Shown in pieces: positions 14,018 through 24,581 of a DNA stretch of 52,996 bases; position 1 is the first letter of the stretch; each line of letters starts with the position of its first letter. The DNA comes from Myxococcota bacterium. GTDB lineage: Bacteria; Myxococcota_A; Polyangia; Polyangiales; Sandaracinaceae. The notes beneath the pieces are model-generated. The model did no database searches and was not told the origin of the DNA. It was given only the letters and a program-made list of their open reading frames with translations. A program made the translations under genes and the position numbers. Where the stretch lies: positions 1-52,996 of the forward strand of contig JAYZQJ010000187.1 in NCBI GenBank assembly GCA_036149055.1. Direction: 5' to 3'.

Positions 14018-14273
14018 CCCGTGCCCATGCCCGTGCCCGTGCCCGTGCCCCTGCCCGAGAATCAGTGGTCAACTCTCGAACGCGGATGACGAACGCGGCC
14101 CTGACCCTCGAAGAGCAGAGCGCCGATTTCACCGCGGGCACGGGAACAGGCGGCTGATTTTCGGCACGGGCAGGGGCACGGGTGCAGGCGGCTGATTTTC
14201 AGCGCGGGCACGGGCGCAGGCGGCTGATTTTCAGCGCGGGCACGGGCAGGGGCACGGGCAAGGGCACGGGAGC
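14018..14273. repeat. Inverted arms of (CCCGTG)n / (CACGGG)n hexamers with repeated gcggctgattttc units, between convergent genes
   Basis: The left arm cccgtgcccatgcccgtgcccgtgcccgtgcccctgcccgagaatcag is complementary to the right-hand units ctgattttc...gggcacgggcaggggcacggg. Confidence 0.85.
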
Positions 14274-14295
14274 AGGCGGCTCTTCGAGCCGCCTG

Positions 14296-15354
14296 CTACG
14301 GCGCCTCGCCGTTCAACCGCAGCAGCGTCAGCTCCTGCCGGGTCGGCTCGCCGCTCGGGCCGCGCCGCGTGATCACCGCGGTGGCCACCAGGACGTCGCC
14401 GCTCGCGAGGCGGAGGCCCTCGGGCTTCGTCGCCTCGCCGACCTCGTCGGCCGTGACCCGCTCCTCGGGCCCGAGGGCGCCGTCCGGGTCGAGGCGCCGC
14501 CGGAAGAGGGCGAAGCCGGCCGCGCTCGCGGGGTACGCGTAGTAGAGGTCGAGGCCGCCGTCGCTTCGCCCGACCAGGGTGGTGTCGTGCACGTTGGGGC
14601 TCGCGTCGGTCACCCGGGCCGGCTCCGTCCACGCCTCGCCGTCGCTCGAGCGCACGACGAAGGAGACCATCGGCTCGGCGCCCACCGGGCGCTGGTAGGT
14701 CGCGGCGAGGCTGCCGTCGCCGAACACGCCGAGCGTCACCATCGCCGCGGCCTCGGTCGCGATCGCGCGAGGCGCCCCGAGGGAGCGCACGTCGGCGCCG
14801 GTGGCGAGGCGCGGCACGCCGCCCCCGTCGCGGAAGACCAGCGCGACCCCGCCCGGCGTCGCCTGGAGCCGGGGCCACGAGAGGAGCGAGGCGAGCCCGC
14901 TCACCGGCGGGAGCGCCTCGGGAGCGCCGACCCGGCCGAGGTAGAGGGTCGGCGCGCTCTCGAGGTCGTCCGCGCCGGCGAACACGAGCGCGCCGTCGAC
15001 GAACGACGGCGAGGCCTCGAAGGGGTGCGGCGTGAAGCCGATCGGGCGCGCGACCTGGAAGGCCGCGCCATCGGCCGAGGTCGTCGACCAGAGCTCTCCG
15101 CGGGTGAAGCCCTCGTCGAAGCTCTCGAACACCAGCGTGACCGCCCCGGCCTCGTCCTGGGTGATCGCGCTCGCCACGTCGAGGTCGGCGCCGGGGCCGA
15201 GGCGCAGCGCCGCGTCCGCGCCGACCGGGAGCGCCGCGCGCGGCACCGGGATCCCGGGCGGCCCACCGCCCCCGTCAGCGAGCGCGCTCCCGTCCACCGG
15301 GCCCGGGCCGCCGTCGCAGGCGGCCAGGAGCAACATCGCCGCGAGCCATCGCAT
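14296..15354 (-). CDS. Hypothetical lipoprotein with Asp-box-like motifs (possible beta-propeller)
   Basis: MRWLAAMLLLAA-C lipobox; motifs TSADGAAF and RSSDGEAW. Confidence 0.75.
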   Translation of the reverse strand: MRWLAAMLLLAACDGGPGPVDGSALADGGGGPPGIPVPRAALPVGADAALRLGPGADLDVASAITQDEAGAVTLVFESFDEGFTRGELWSTTSADGAAFQVARPIGFTPHPFEASPSFVDGALVFAGADDLESAPTLYLGRVGAPEALPPVSGLASLLSWPRLQATPGGVALVFRDGGGVPRLATGADVRSLGAPRAIATEAAAMVTLGVFGDGSLAATYQRPVGAEPMVSFVVRSSDGEAWTEPARVTDASPNVHDTTLVGRSDGGLDLYYAYPASAAGFALFRRRLDPDGALGPEERVTADEVGEATKPEGLRLASGDVLVATAVITRRGPSGEPTRQELTLLRLNGEAP

Positions 15355-15371
15355 GCGTCGATCGTGACAGC

Positions 15372-16346
<975 letters not shown>

Positions 16347-16392
16347 CGCTCCCTCATCATGAGAGCGACCGGGGCGGCTGAGAAGTCCCGGT

Positions 16393-17571
16393 TCAGGCGT
16401 CCAGCTCGACCGCCCGCACCGTCTCCTCGAGGCCGAAGCGCGGCCGGAACCCGAGGACCTCGCGGGCCCGGGTGTCGTCGACCATGCAGACGTAGCGGAT
16501 GTGGTCGAGCTCGGGGGTGGGGAACGAGGTCATCCGGTAGCGCCACATCCGGTCGAGCACGACCTGCGCCATGCTCGCCGGGACCGAGCGCGGGCGGCGG
16601 CCGAGGATCTTGAAGACGCGGCTCATCGGGACCTCGCCCGGGCCCTTGAGGTTGAAGATGCCGCGCACTCCGGGCGCGAGCGCGAGCTGGATCGCGCTGA
16701 CCACATCCCGCTCGTGCATCACCTGCACCATCGGGTCGAAGCCCATCAGGGTGACCGGGCGCTCGAGCCGGAGGTAGTTGCTCGGCGCGTTGTGCACTCC
16801 GCCGAGGATGTGACACGGCCGGAGCACCACCGTCTCGGTGTCGGGGTGCCGCCAGAAGAAGCTCTGGGCGAGCATGTCGACCTCGACGAGGTCCCGGATC
16901 GCGCTGAAGTGCTGCGCGCCGAGGAGCGGCGCCTCCTCGGTCAGGAACTGCGGGTTGTCCGGGCTCGGGCCGTAGACGTTCGCGCTCGAGAGCACGACCA
17001 GCTTGGGGATGTCGTACTGGATGAGGGCGTCGAGGAGCTTCTGGAAGGCGACCACGTTCCATGCGTGGTGCGCCTTCGCGCTCGCCCGGAGGTCGTGCAT
17101 GATCCCCAGGTGCACCACCGCCCGGATGTCGCCCGCGCGGAAGACGTCGCGGGTCTTCTTGCGGCGCAGATCGATCTGGTGGTGGACGATGTCCTTGGGG
17201 CGCCCGCGGAACTCGCGCCGGTCGATGCCGACCACCCGATCGTCGCGGTGGAGCTTGCGCGCGAGGAGGCGGCCGAGCCGACCGCAGATGCCGGTGACGA
17301 GCACCGCGCCCTCGCGCGCCTGGGCGTCGGGATCGCGGCTGGCCGCGGGGCGGCGGGTCGCGCTCGGTCGCTTAGTGGGCTGCGGCGGCGCGGGCGGCGG
17401 CACCGTCGCCGGGCTCACCTCGCGCTGGCGGCGCGCCGAGGGGCGGCCGCTCTCGGAGCGCGCGCGAGCCGGCTTCTCGGGCGCGGACGCGGCCTGGGCG
17501 CCGACGTCCTCGGGCGCTGACCGCGGCTTGCCCCGCCGGGCGGAGGGTCGCTTGCGACGATTCCCGCTCAC
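16393..17571 (-). CDS. NAD-dependent epimerase/dehydratase (extended SDR) with a basic disordered N-terminal extension
   Basis: Motifs VLVTGICGRLG, SSANVYG, VVLRP. The start is uncertain. Confidence 0.85.
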   Translation of the reverse strand: MSGNRRKRPSARRGKPRSAPEDVGAQAASAPEKPARARSESGRPSARRQREVSPATVPPPAPPQPTKRPSATRRPAASRDPDAQAREGAVLVTGICGRLGRLLARKLHRDDRVVGIDRREFRGRPKDIVHHQIDLRRKKTRDVFRAGDIRAVVHLGIMHDLRASAKAHHAWNVVAFQKLLDALIQYDIPKLVVLSSANVYGPSPDNPQFLTEEAPLLGAQHFSAIRDLVEVDMLAQSFFWRHPDTETVVLRPCHILGGVHNAPSNYLRLERPVTLMGFDPMVQVMHERDVVSAIQLALAPGVRGIFNLKGPGEVPMSRVFKILGRRPRSVPASMAQVVLDRMWRYRMTSFPTPELDHIRYVCMVDDTRAREVLGFRPRFGLEETVRAVELDA

Positions 17572-17611
17572 GGCCTCGGAGTATCCCGACTCGGCCGCGC
17601 GAAAGGCAAGC

Positions 17612-18586
17612 TCACGATTCGGACGACTCTTCGGTCTCCTCGGCGGCCTCGCCCTCGGCGGGCTCGCGGAGGCTCGGCTCGCTGGTGAGCTCGATCTGCA
17701 GCTCGAAGATCTCGCCGGCCGCGATGGTGAAGCGGCTCCGGCCGGTCATCGGCTCCTCGAGGCGGGGGTCCATGTACTCCCAGGTGACCACGCGCTGGGT
17801 GGCGCCGCCCTGGGCCTCGCCCTCGGTGACCTCGTTGATCTTCATCGCGCGCCAGGGCGCGCTGGAGAAGCTCTGCTCGAACCAGCGCTGCACGCGGCCG
17901 CGGCCCTCGTGCCGGTAGGGGTCGCCGGTCTCGGTGCGGGTGAAGGGCTCGAGCAGCGAGCCGGTCTGGGCGAAGAGCTCGGCCACCATGTCGGCGTCGC
18001 CGCGCATGAAGTGGGCGACGTAGCGCCGCACGATCTCGTCCTCGGCGAGGAGCTGCGCCGGCGCCCGCTCGTAGACCATGCGGACCTCGAGGCCGTTGCA
18101 CCACTGCGAGCGCTGCACGAGCACCTCGAGCCGGCCGGCGTCGGTCAGGCGCACGTCGCCGGGTCGGTTCTCCTCGGGGCGGCCGTAGCACTCGTCGGTG
18201 GAGGGCACGGCCACGCGCACGACCTCCTCCATCAGCCAGCTCTCGCCGCCGCCCTCGGGCAGCGTCGCCTGCTGGACCACGGTGTGCTGGCAGCTCTCGG
18301 TCGCGAACTGCTGATCGTGGAGGAGCAGGAGGCGGTTGTCGTCCGCCTGGTGCACCCGCACGTGGGCGGCGTAGCCGCGGGACAGCAGGTCGAGCGGGCC
18401 CTCGGTGCAGTGCGCCTCGACCCAGCGCCAGCGGCTGTCGTCGAGCCCGGGCGGCATGGTCGCGGTGCGGCGACTGCCGGGCGTGACCTCGAGGTCGCCC
18501 GTCTCGTCGGGCGTGGTCCGGCGGTCCTGATCCCCACCGCAGGCGGCGAGGACGAGACAACAGCTGAGGGTGACGAAGGCGCGCAT
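17612..18586 (-). CDS. Lipoprotein with C-terminal NTF2/SnoaL-like domain
   Basis: MRAFVTLSCCLVLAA-C; C-terminal pattern IVRRYVAHF..GDADMVAELFA...GRGRVQRWF...FTIAAGEI. Confidence 0.7.
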   Translation of the reverse strand: MRAFVTLSCCLVLAACGGDQDRRTTPDETGDLEVTPGSRRTATMPPGLDDSRWRWVEAHCTEGPLDLLSRGYAAHVRVHQADDNRLLLLHDQQFATESCQHTVVQQATLPEGGGESWLMEEVVRVAVPSTDECYGRPEENRPGDVRLTDAGRLEVLVQRSQWCNGLEVRMVYERAPAQLLAEDEIVRRYVAHFMRGDADMVAELFAQTGSLLEPFTRTETGDPYRHEGRGRVQRWFEQSFSSAPWRAMKINEVTEGEAQGGATQRVVTWEYMDPRLEEPMTGRSRFTIAAGEIFELQIELTSEPSLREPAEGEAAEETEESSES

Positions 18587-18633
18587 GACGGCCGTACAGA
18601 AGCCCGCGGACCGCCCCACGTCAAGGGGACGGG

Positions 18634-19566
18634 TCACCAGAAGATGGAGCGCCGCTCCTCGAGGCCGCGATCGACCATGCGCTGGATGGTGCTCCGGACC
18701 TCCGCGACCTTCTCCCCGATGACCGCGTCGTCGTCGTCGGGGTCGCCCTCGAAGCGCATCGGCGGCCCGAAGCGGAGCCGGTAGCGGGTGGGCAGCGGGA
18801 ACGGCGCGCCGAGGAAGAGCTGCGGGATGATGGGGAAGGACGGCATCCCGAGCAGCTTGGCCACGCCCTTCAGGTCGGCGACGCTGATGAGCTGCTCCTC
18901 GCCGCCCACCACCGAGACCGGCACGATCGGCGTGCCCGTCTGGAGCGCGAGCCGCATGAAGCCGAGCCCGAACTCGACGAGCTTGTAGCGGCGGTCGAAG
19001 GTCTTGCTGATCCCGCGCGTGCCCTCCGGGAAGACCACCAGGGCCTCGTCGTTCTGGAGCAGCCGGAGCGCGTTGTCGGGCGAGCCGACCACCTGGCCGC
19101 AGCGCGGGAAGAAGACGCTCACGAAGGGCAGCTCCGCCGACCAGCGCTCCACCATCGAGCGCGGGAAGCGCGGCGGCTCGGCGTCGAGCATCAGCGAGGT
19201 GCCGATGATGAGCCCGTCCATCGGGATCTGGCCCGAGTGGTTGGCGATGATCAGCACCCGCCCCTCGGGGATGTGCTCGACGCCGAAGACCTCGGTCCGG
19301 AAGTAGAAGCGGTGCAGGAACGCGGCGAGGGCGAGCGCGTAGCGCGCGGTGCCCGGATCGAAGCCGAAGGGGTCGAAGCCCGCCTCGTTGGGGTGCATCT
19401 GGATGCGCGCGATCCGCGCGTCGAGCTCCTCGCCGAGCGCGTCCTCGGCGAAGCGGACCATGCGATCGCCGAAGCGGGCCACCAGCTTCTCGACGCGGCT
19501 CTCCGCCTCCTGCTGCTTCTGCCAGCCGCGGCTCGCGAACGGGACGGGGACGTCGCCGGGACCCAT
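18634..19566 (-). CDS. Lysophospholipid/glycerol acyltransferase (PlsC-like)
   Basis: Motifs IIANHSGQIPMDG, VFPEGTRG, PIVPVSVVG. Confidence 0.92.
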   Translation of the reverse strand: MGPGDVPVPFASRGWQKQQEAESRVEKLVARFGDRMVRFAEDALGEELDARIARIQMHPNEAGFDPFGFDPGTARYALALAAFLHRFYFRTEVFGVEHIPEGRVLIIANHSGQIPMDGLIIGTSLMLDAEPPRFPRSMVERWSAELPFVSVFFPRCGQVVGSPDNALRLLQNDEALVVFPEGTRGISKTFDRRYKLVEFGLGFMRLALQTGTPIVPVSVVGGEEQLISVADLKGVAKLLGMPSFPIIPQLFLGAPFPLPTRYRLRFGPPMRFEGDPDDDDAVIGEKVAEVRSTIQRMVDRGLEERRSIFW

Positions 19567-19598
19567 GCGCCGACTGTGCGCGATGGGGTCCGTGCCGG

Positions 19599-20810
19599 TC
19601 AATCGGACGGGACGTGGACCAGCAGGGTCGAGGGATCGGTGGGCCGCCCGTCGACGCGGACCTCGAAGCCGAGCCGCCCGTCGGTGGCCGCGATCCACTC
19701 GCCCCGCTCGACCCGCTGGCCGGGCTCGACGTGGACCTCGCCGACGCCGGTGTAGACGGTGACCCAGCCCATGCGGTGCAGCATGACCACGCTCCGCCCG
19801 CGCCGGCCCAGCCGGCCGACGTAGACGATCTGTCCGTCGGCCGCGGCGCGGACCGCGGTCCCGTCCTCGGCGGTGATCCGGGCGCCTCGCCGATCGTGCG
19901 CCGCGAGGGCGCCGCCGCGCGCCGGCCAGAGCAGGTTGCTGAAGATCCGGCCGCCCGCCTCCTCGCGCATCGCCTCGCTCGGCGCGAAGCGGAGCAGGCG
20001 ACGCACCAGGGCACGGCGATCGACGGTGGGCGCGGGGCGGGGCTGCGCGTCGGCGAGCGGCGGCGGCGTGGGCCGGTCGGCGGCGGTGACGCGCTCGGGC
20101 TCGGGCACCCGGCCGGCGGCGTGGGCGCGCTCGGCGACGCGCCGGACGAACGCCGGGCCTCCGTCGAAGAGCGCGAGCGGGTCGGTGGCGCGGCCGCCGT
20201 CGATCAGCTCGAAGTGCACGTGCGGCCCGCGCGAGATGCCGGTCGAGCCGACGAGCGCGATCCGCTCGCCGCGCCGGACGCGCCAGCCGGGCTGCACCGT
20301 GGTCCGCGAGTTGTGCGCGTAGAGGGTGACCCAGCCGTTCGGGTGCAGGATGAGCACGCAGTTGCCGTAGCCGCGGATGCCGTTGTCCGAGTAGGCGACG
20401 ATGCCGTCGGCGGCCGCGCGCACCACCGTGCCCACCGGCGCCGAGATGTCGACGCCGTCGTGGCGGAGATCGGGGCGGGTGGTGCGCACGTAGCCGAAGC
20501 CGCGCACGTAGTTGCCGTCGTCGACCGGCCAGAGCAGCCGGTCCGGCGCGGCCTCGCGCCACGCCGCCGCCCGCAGCCAGCGCGCCTCGGGCTGACCGTG
20601 CATGAGCTGCGTCGCCGCCTCCCGGGTGCCGAGCCCCAGCGCCTGCGCCCGCTGCAAGGACGCGCCGCGCGGCGTCGGCACGTTCCGGGGGCCGTCGCTG
20701 AAGCGGGAGTAATCGTGGCGGTGCCCGCTCCGCTCGGCCGGGTCCGCCGCGACGGGCGACGCGAGCGTGAGCGCGAGGAGCACATGAGCGGCGATGTAGG
20801 ATAGCCTCAC
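19599..20810 (-). CDS. Exported protein with two M23 domains (first intact, second degenerate)
   Basis: GTG start after gagagg; signal peptide; domain 1 has HDGVD, YAH and HVHFE; domain 2 keeps VRAAADG and GQRVERG but lacks the His ligands. Confidence 0.88.
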   Translation of the reverse strand: MRLSYIAAHVLLALTLASPVAADPAERSGHRHDYSRFSDGPRNVPTPRGASLQRAQALGLGTREAATQLMHGQPEARWLRAAAWREAAPDRLLWPVDDGNYVRGFGYVRTTRPDLRHDGVDISAPVGTVVRAAADGIVAYSDNGIRGYGNCVLILHPNGWVTLYAHNSRTTVQPGWRVRRGERIALVGSTGISRGPHVHFELIDGGRATDPLALFDGGPAFVRRVAERAHAAGRVPEPERVTAADRPTPPPLADAQPRPAPTVDRRALVRRLLRFAPSEAMREEAGGRIFSNLLWPARGGALAAHDRRGARITAEDGTAVRAAADGQIVYVGRLGRRGRSVVMLHRMGWVTVYTGVGEVHVEPGQRVERGEWIAATDGRLGFEVRVDGRPTDPSTLLVHVPSD

Positions 20811-20897
20811 ACCACCTCTCAGCCATGGCGGAGGCCTCCCGGTCAAGAAACCGGCGACCGCTTCCGCTACCATGGAGGCTGGAATTCGGAGGGGACG

Positions 20898-23387
20898 ATG
20901 CGCGCTTGGCTTCTCGTGCTCGCGGTGAGCCTGCTCACCGCCGGGTGCTCCTGTGACTTCTTCGACTCGGGGGAGGCCGACGCCGGGCCCCGCAACGGGG
21001 GCGTCGGGGATCCCTGCTTCGCCGACACCAACTGCCGGGCGGGGCTGGTCTGCGACGAGGAGAACCGCTGCGGCCCGTCCGGCGAGGGGGCCGAGGGCTC
21101 CGTCTGCGTGCTGAGCGGCGACTGCATGGAGGGGCTCTTCTGCGGGCCGCGGCGCGTCTGCGAGCCGGCCGGGGACGGCGCGGACGGCGCGGACTGCCAG
21201 GGCACCGCCGACTGCGAGCAGGGCCTCGTGTGCACGGTGGAGGGCTTCGGCTTCCGCTGCCGCGCGGCCGGGGCCGGCGACCTGGGCGACGCGTGCGGGA
21301 GCGACGTGGACTGCCTCGCCGGGCTCTCCTGCACCGTCGGCGACGGCGGCGCGCGCACCTGTCAGAGCGCGCCGATCGCGGGCGGCGACGGCGGGGTGGG
21401 CGCCCCGCCGCTCCTGCCGCCCTGGACCGGCGCCGACTGCGTCGAGGACGCGAGCGACCCGCCGCGGGCCTACTTCGAGGTCCCGCGCGGGGGCGAGGGC
21501 GACGGCGACTTCTACCGCCTGCCCTTCCCCAACGACGTGCGGCGCACCGCCAGCGGGCTCGATCTCTCGGGTCACCCGCGGCCCGACGACGCGCTCCCGG
21601 TGGACGTGCTCGGCCGGGTCATCGACGCCGCCGAGGAGGATCTCGACGGCTTCGCCACCAACCCGGTCGTCTACTTCCGCTTCTCGCGCCCCTACGAGTG
21701 GGGGGACGTCACCGGGGAGCGGGTGCGCCTCGTCGACCTCACGCCCGGCTCCCCGGAGGCGGGCCGCGATCTCGGCCGCGGCTGGCTGACCACCGCCGGC
21801 CCGATCACGCGCTACATCTGCCCCAACTGGCTCTCGGTCCGGCGCGGGCACGGCGCCCCGCTCCGCCCGGGCACGACCTACGCGGTGATCCTCCTGGACG
21901 GGATCCGGACCGACGCCGAGGGCGGCAACGTGCCCTTCGAGCCCTCCCCCGATCTCGAGGCGCTGCTCGCCGACACCGCGCCCGCCGCGCCGCTCGACGC
22001 GGCCTGGGACCGCTACCAGCTGCTGCGCGACTGGCTCGCCCAGGCCGAGACGCCCGACGCGAGCGAGATCCTGAACGCGACCGTGTTCACCACCCAGTCG
22101 GCGACCGCGCCGGTGCCGGCGCTGCGCGAGGCGATCCGCGCCCAGAGCGCGCCGACCCTGAGCGACGTGACGGTCTGCGCCGACGGGGTCGAGAGCCCCT
22201 GCGCGGACGGGGGGCTGCGCGCCTGCGGCCCGGCGAGCGACGCCTACTGGGAGCTCCACGCCCGCATCGCGCTGCCCCAGTTCCAGCAGGGCACGCCGCC
22301 CTTCGAGGACCCGGAGGACGGCGGCGCCATCGCCTACGACGCCTCCGGCGCGCCGACCGTCGCCCGCACCGACGACGTGTGTTTGGTGATGACGGTGCCG
22401 AAGGTGCCGGCGGCGCCCGCGAGCGGCTTCCCGGTGGTCTTCTGGGCTCACGGCACCGGCGGCGCCTTCACCGCGCCGATCGGCAACGGCTTCGCCGGGG
22501 ATCTCGCCACCGCGGACGGCGGCGCCGGCGTGGCCCAGGCGGTCACCGTCGCCATCGACATGCCCCAGCACGGCAGCCGCCGCGGCGACTCCACCCGCAG
22601 CCCCGACGGGCTGGTCTTCAACTTCGCCAACCCGCGCGCCGCGCGCGACAACTTCCTCCAGGGCGCCGCGGACCTCTTCGCGCTCGTCTACTGGGCGGAG
22701 GGCTTCGTGCTGCCGGCGGCCGACGCGCCGACCGACTTCGACGTGCGCTTCGACCCGGCGCGCTTCGCGATCCTCGGCCACAGCCAGGGCGCGAGCCACG
22801 CGTCGCTGATGATCCCCTACGAGCCGGGCGTGATCGCGACCGTGCTCAGCGGGCTGGGCGGGGACCTCACCGAGTCGATGCTCACCAAGACCCGGCCGGT
22901 GAACATCGCCGCCGCGGTCCCGCTCGCGCTCCTCGACCCGGACCGGGCGGGCAACCTCGCGGCCGGCGACAACCACCCGGCGCTCGCGCTGGTGCAGATG
23001 CTCTACGAGCCGGTCGACGCGGTGAACTACGGGCGGCACTACCACCGCGAGCCGATCGATCTCACCGGGCGCCACGTGCTCCAGACCTACGGCCTCGGCG
23101 ACAGCTTCAGCACCGAGCGCACGATGGCGGCGTTCGCCCGGAGCGCGACCTTGCCGCACGTGAGCCCGCAGCTCGTCGACATCGGCCTCGGGGATCCCAT
23201 CCCGGCGCCGGTGAGCGGCAACGTGACGATCGAGATGACCGACTTCACCGTCGGCCTCCGCCAGTACGCGCCCGAGGCCGGGCGCGACGGGCACCACGTC
23301 TTGACCGAGAGCCCGCAGCCCCGCGCCGACGCCCTGCGCTTCCTGCTCCAGGCGCTGGCCGGCGCCACGCCGCCGATCGGCGAGTGA
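20898..23387 (+). CDS. Lipoprotein with Cys-rich N-terminus, Ig-like region and C-terminal alpha/beta-hydrolase (lipase-like)
   Basis: LTAG-C lipobox; motifs LPFPND, PLRPGTTYAV, AHGTGG, IDMPQHG, nucleophile elbow GHSQG. Confidence 0.85.
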   Translation: MRAWLLVLAVSLLTAGCSCDFFDSGEADAGPRNGGVGDPCFADTNCRAGLVCDEENRCGPSGEGAEGSVCVLSGDCMEGLFCGPRRVCEPAGDGADGADCQGTADCEQGLVCTVEGFGFRCRAAGAGDLGDACGSDVDCLAGLSCTVGDGGARTCQSAPIAGGDGGVGAPPLLPPWTGADCVEDASDPPRAYFEVPRGGEGDGDFYRLPFPNDVRRTASGLDLSGHPRPDDALPVDVLGRVIDAAEEDLDGFATNPVVYFRFSRPYEWGDVTGERVRLVDLTPGSPEAGRDLGRGWLTTAGPITRYICPNWLSVRRGHGAPLRPGTTYAVILLDGIRTDAEGGNVPFEPSPDLEALLADTAPAAPLDAAWDRYQLLRDWLAQAETPDASEILNATVFTTQSATAPVPALREAIRAQSAPTLSDVTVCADGVESPCADGGLRACGPASDAYWELHARIALPQFQQGTPPFEDPEDGGAIAYDASGAPTVARTDDVCLVMTVPKVPAAPASGFPVVFWAHGTGGAFTAPIGNGFAGDLATADGGAGVAQAVTVAIDMPQHGSRRGDSTRSPDGLVFNFANPRAARDNFLQGAADLFALVYWAEGFVLPAADAPTDFDVRFDPARFAILGHSQGASHASLMIPYEPGVIATVLSGLGGDLTESMLTKTRPVNIAAAVPLALLDPDRAGNLAAGDNHPALALVQMLYEPVDAVNYGRHYHREPIDLTGRHVLQTYGLGDSFSTERTMAAFARSATLPHVSPQLVDIGLGDPIPAPVSGNVTIEMTDFTVGLRQYAPEAGRDGHHVLTESPQPRADALRFLLQALAGATPPIGE

Positions 23388-23390
23388 CCG

Positions 23391-24521
23391 TCAGCGCTCG
23401 AGGGCCGCGAGCGCCCGGCTCTGGGCGGCGAGCAGGCGCTCCAGCTCGTGGGGCGCCGGCGCGCGGTCCAGCGCGAAGGACAGCCCCGCGTCGTCGCGCA
23501 TGATGTCGGTCACGATCGGATCGAGGCGCGCCAGCGCGTCGACCACCTCGGGCCGGGCGAGCGCGGCGTAGACCGCGTCCGGGGGCGCGCCCTGGACGAC
23601 GAAGCGGGGCTCGTAGGCCGGGCCGGCGAAGAAGGTGGGCGCGCGGGGACACACCCGCCACGCCTGCGCGACGACGCTCCCGTAGAGGGTGCCCGCGACC
23701 GCCCGCACGCCGCCCCTCGCGTTCGAGTGCAGCACGAAGCGCGTGGACGGCGGGCGGAGCGCCCCGAGCGTCAGGTAGGCCGTCGCCGGATCTCCGGCGT
23801 CGGCCATCACGAGCGCGACCCACCGACCCTCGTGCCGCGCCGGGACCGGCGGGAGACCCGTCGTCGCCTCGTCGTTCGCGTGGGGTCGCGCCTCGGGCGG
23901 CAGCGCGGCCGCCCGGGCCTCGAGCGCCTCGGCGAGCTGCGCCGCCCACCCGAGCACGTGCGCGGTCGCGTCGTGCGACGGGAAGAGCCCTTCGAGCGTG
24001 ACCTCGACCGCGTGGTCGCTCACGTGCCCCCGGCCCCCGGCCTGACCGATGCTCTGCGTGAGCCACGCCAGCTCGGGCTCGGACAGCCAGCCGGTCAGCG
24101 TCGGGTGCGGCTGCCCCGGCGCCAGGCCCAGCCCGAGCGGCGGCTGGAGCTCGACCCGCAGGAGCAGCTCGTGGCCGCGCGCGTAGCCCTCGGTCGCGCG
24201 CACCGCGCCCGGCCGCCCCACCCCGATCGCCCAGAGCCGACCGCCCCGCTCGCCGGCGAACCAGCCGACGCCGCGTCGGGTCAGCCCGAGGCGCTCCGCG
24301 AGCGGCCGGAGGTGCCGCTCGACCGCGCCCCGATCCACCCAGGCTTCGGGGCCGGGCGCGGTGTAGCCGTGGGTCGCTGCCATCCGCATGGCGCCTCGCA
24401 TCCGCGCGTGGTGCTCGCGGTAGAACCACACGTAGAAGCCGCCCACGCCCAGCATGAAGAGCGCCGACGCGAGGGACCCGAAGCAGTTGAACGCCTCTTC
24501 CATGTCCGCGCCCATCGTCAC
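23391..24521 (-). CDS. Hypothetical protein with an N-terminal transmembrane helix
   Basis: The ORF fills the gap between flanking genes; hydrophobic segment LASALFMLGVGGFYVWFY. No family recognised. Confidence 0.6.
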   Translation of the reverse strand: MTMGADMEEAFNCFGSLASALFMLGVGGFYVWFYREHHARMRGAMRMAATHGYTAPGPEAWVDRGAVERHLRPLAERLGLTRRGVGWFAGERGGRLWAIGVGRPGAVRATEGYARGHELLLRVELQPPLGLGLAPGQPHPTLTGWLSEPELAWLTQSIGQAGGRGHVSDHAVEVTLEGLFPSHDATAHVLGWAAQLAEALEARAAALPPEARPHANDEATTGLPPVPARHEGRWVALVMADAGDPATAYLTLGALRPPSTRFVLHSNARGGVRAVAGTLYGSVVAQAWRVCPRAPTFFAGPAYEPRFVVQGAPPDAVYAALARPEVVDALARLDPIVTDIMRDDAGLSFALDRAPAPHELERLLAAQSRALAALER

Positions 24522-24581
24522 CCGGAGGCGACGGTTGCGTCACCCCTTCCCACCGCGGCCCCGGGCGGTCATCCTCGCGCC

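Noticed and set aside
19599..23297. 1232-aa M23 fusion protein
   Set aside because: The upstream part is antisense to the lipase-like lipoprotein gene. A GTG with an RBS and signal peptide at 20810 gives the real start.
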